Assembly: GCF_024521635.1 (NCBI RefSeq) | Contig: NW_026250414.1 | Location: forward strand, 868,001 to 932,000 | Direction: 5' to 3' | Length of the DNA: 64,000 bases | DNA from: Tricharina praecox | Taxonomy: Eukaryota | Shown: in pieces, positions 62,701-64,000 of the stretch | Layout: every line of letters begins with the position of its first letter | Position numbering within the stretch: the stretch's first letter is position 1 | Position numbers and translations under genes: made by a program | The notes under the pieces: generated by a model | Databases searched by the model: none | What the model saw: the letters and a program-made list of their open reading frames with translations, nothing else | What the model was told of the DNA's origin: nothing

Positions 62701-64000
62701 ACGTGGTATGCCTAATCGTGGCGGAGCCTCCTGCTCCTGTCGAGTATACAGTATCATACGGAGTAGAGTTGGTGCCTCGCATGTCAGCGGCTGGCGGCTG
62801 GCAGGCAAGCAGGCAGCCCCCACTGTTTTCTACCTACTTGTTGCTGGACCTTCATCTACAGTAGGTAGAGTACTGTTGCATCTATTTCACCCTACATACA
62901 TACAGCCAGCCAGCCAATTGGCCGCCCGCCGATGCAGGTATCGACGAGGGAAGGTCGAATTCCCGTCCGTGATTGGATGCGCCGACGACGATGGGAAATT
63001 TCCTCAACGCGGGGGCCGAATGGCTGGGAAGTAGGTGGGAAGTAGGTGGGAAGTAGCTACCTTCTGAACGCGACGGAAGGAAAGAACTCCAGGTTGGGTT
63101 CGGATGCTGCCAGGCAGGCCATCAGGCCACTTTCTTTTGAAAGAGACGAGACGAAATGAAACATGCCTCCTCCTCCTCCTCTTCTTCTTCTTCTTTTCTC
63201 TTGCTTCCGCCTGACCGGAGGAAGACGGGTGCTGGACGAGGCCGGCACTGGCACTGAGGGGGCATGGGGGCGCAAGTTGCGTCCACACCGTGGAATTCCC
63301 GACGCGCGAAATCGGCGGGTTAGATTAGAGTACACTTCTACCGGCTCCGGCGAGCGGGCGTATTTCGCGGTCTGTCGATCAGTCGGTAGCTTCCCTCCCC
63401 CCACTCCCTCCCCCGCGCACTCCCTCCCCCGCGCAACTATTCTACCCCGCGCGCGCGATGGCCCGCACGGCCGCACCCCGTCTGATCAGTGCCGTTGGGG
63501 TGTCGGGGAACGCCTCTCAGCACTTGCGACTCGAACCCTTCACCCTTCACCCGTGTCTGACTTCCTTCCTTCCTTCCTTCCTTCCTTCCTTCCTTCCTTC
63601 CTTCCAAGTTCTGTCTGTCTGGCTGGCTGGCTGACTATCCACTGGCCGCTTACGAGCGCGAGCACGAGCGCGAGAGCGAACGACGATCCGATCTTGCAAG
63701 ATTCGGATGTGCAGTACCTACTCTACTGCAGTGCACTGTGCAGCGGTGCGGTGCAGACTCCTGGTGCAGACTGTATGGTGCGGTGCGGTGCTGAGGTGAG
63801 AACGATAGGGCTGAATTACCGTTACTCTACTTGCTCTACGATACGGTAGGTACTCTGGGTAGGGTAGTTAGAGTAGAGTGGGTAAAAGTGCTCTGACAGG
63901 TTCTCGGTAGATCTGCGGATTCTTGGCGGTTGGGGAGGGGGGAGGGGGGTGAGATGAGAAAGATGGGTAAGATGGATGGGTAAGTAGGTGGACGGGTGAT

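Overview
Intron-rich filamentous ascomycete (Pezizomycotina) genomic DNA; a Pezizomycete is plausible but cannot be proven from sequence alone. 2-9.5 kb is a compact housekeeping block: DPM2, a TMA17-like gene, a nucleoside hydrolase, a mitochondrial hypothetical protein, a Pcp1/PARL rhomboid and GPI11. About 9.5-36 kb is an accessory, repeat-rich interval. It holds three co-oriented two-finger C2H2 genes, a CHORD-CS co-chaperone with a perfect heat-shock element, and Plavaka, MITE and PIF/Harbinger relics. It also holds a tiny spliced gene (30687-30859, minus) that the ORF track shows only unspliced. This gene encodes a 33-aa a-factor-like CaaX pheromone precursor, MQPITNIVSAGAATEEDTTPVNYGDGYHMCVIC, with HMG-box (TR-box) sites upstream. 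36-48 kb carries a secreted tyrosinase-like gene, a DHA1/Hol1-type MFS transporter, ERV29/SURF4 and two hypothetical genes. 48-64 kb is a microsatellite-rich gene desert around one bZIP gene and contains a ~395-nt G-U-rich fold-back (49372-49766) resembling a pri-milRNA or other structured ncRNA. All exon structures were derived by hand from GT/AG and branch-site motifs and need RNA-seq confirmation.
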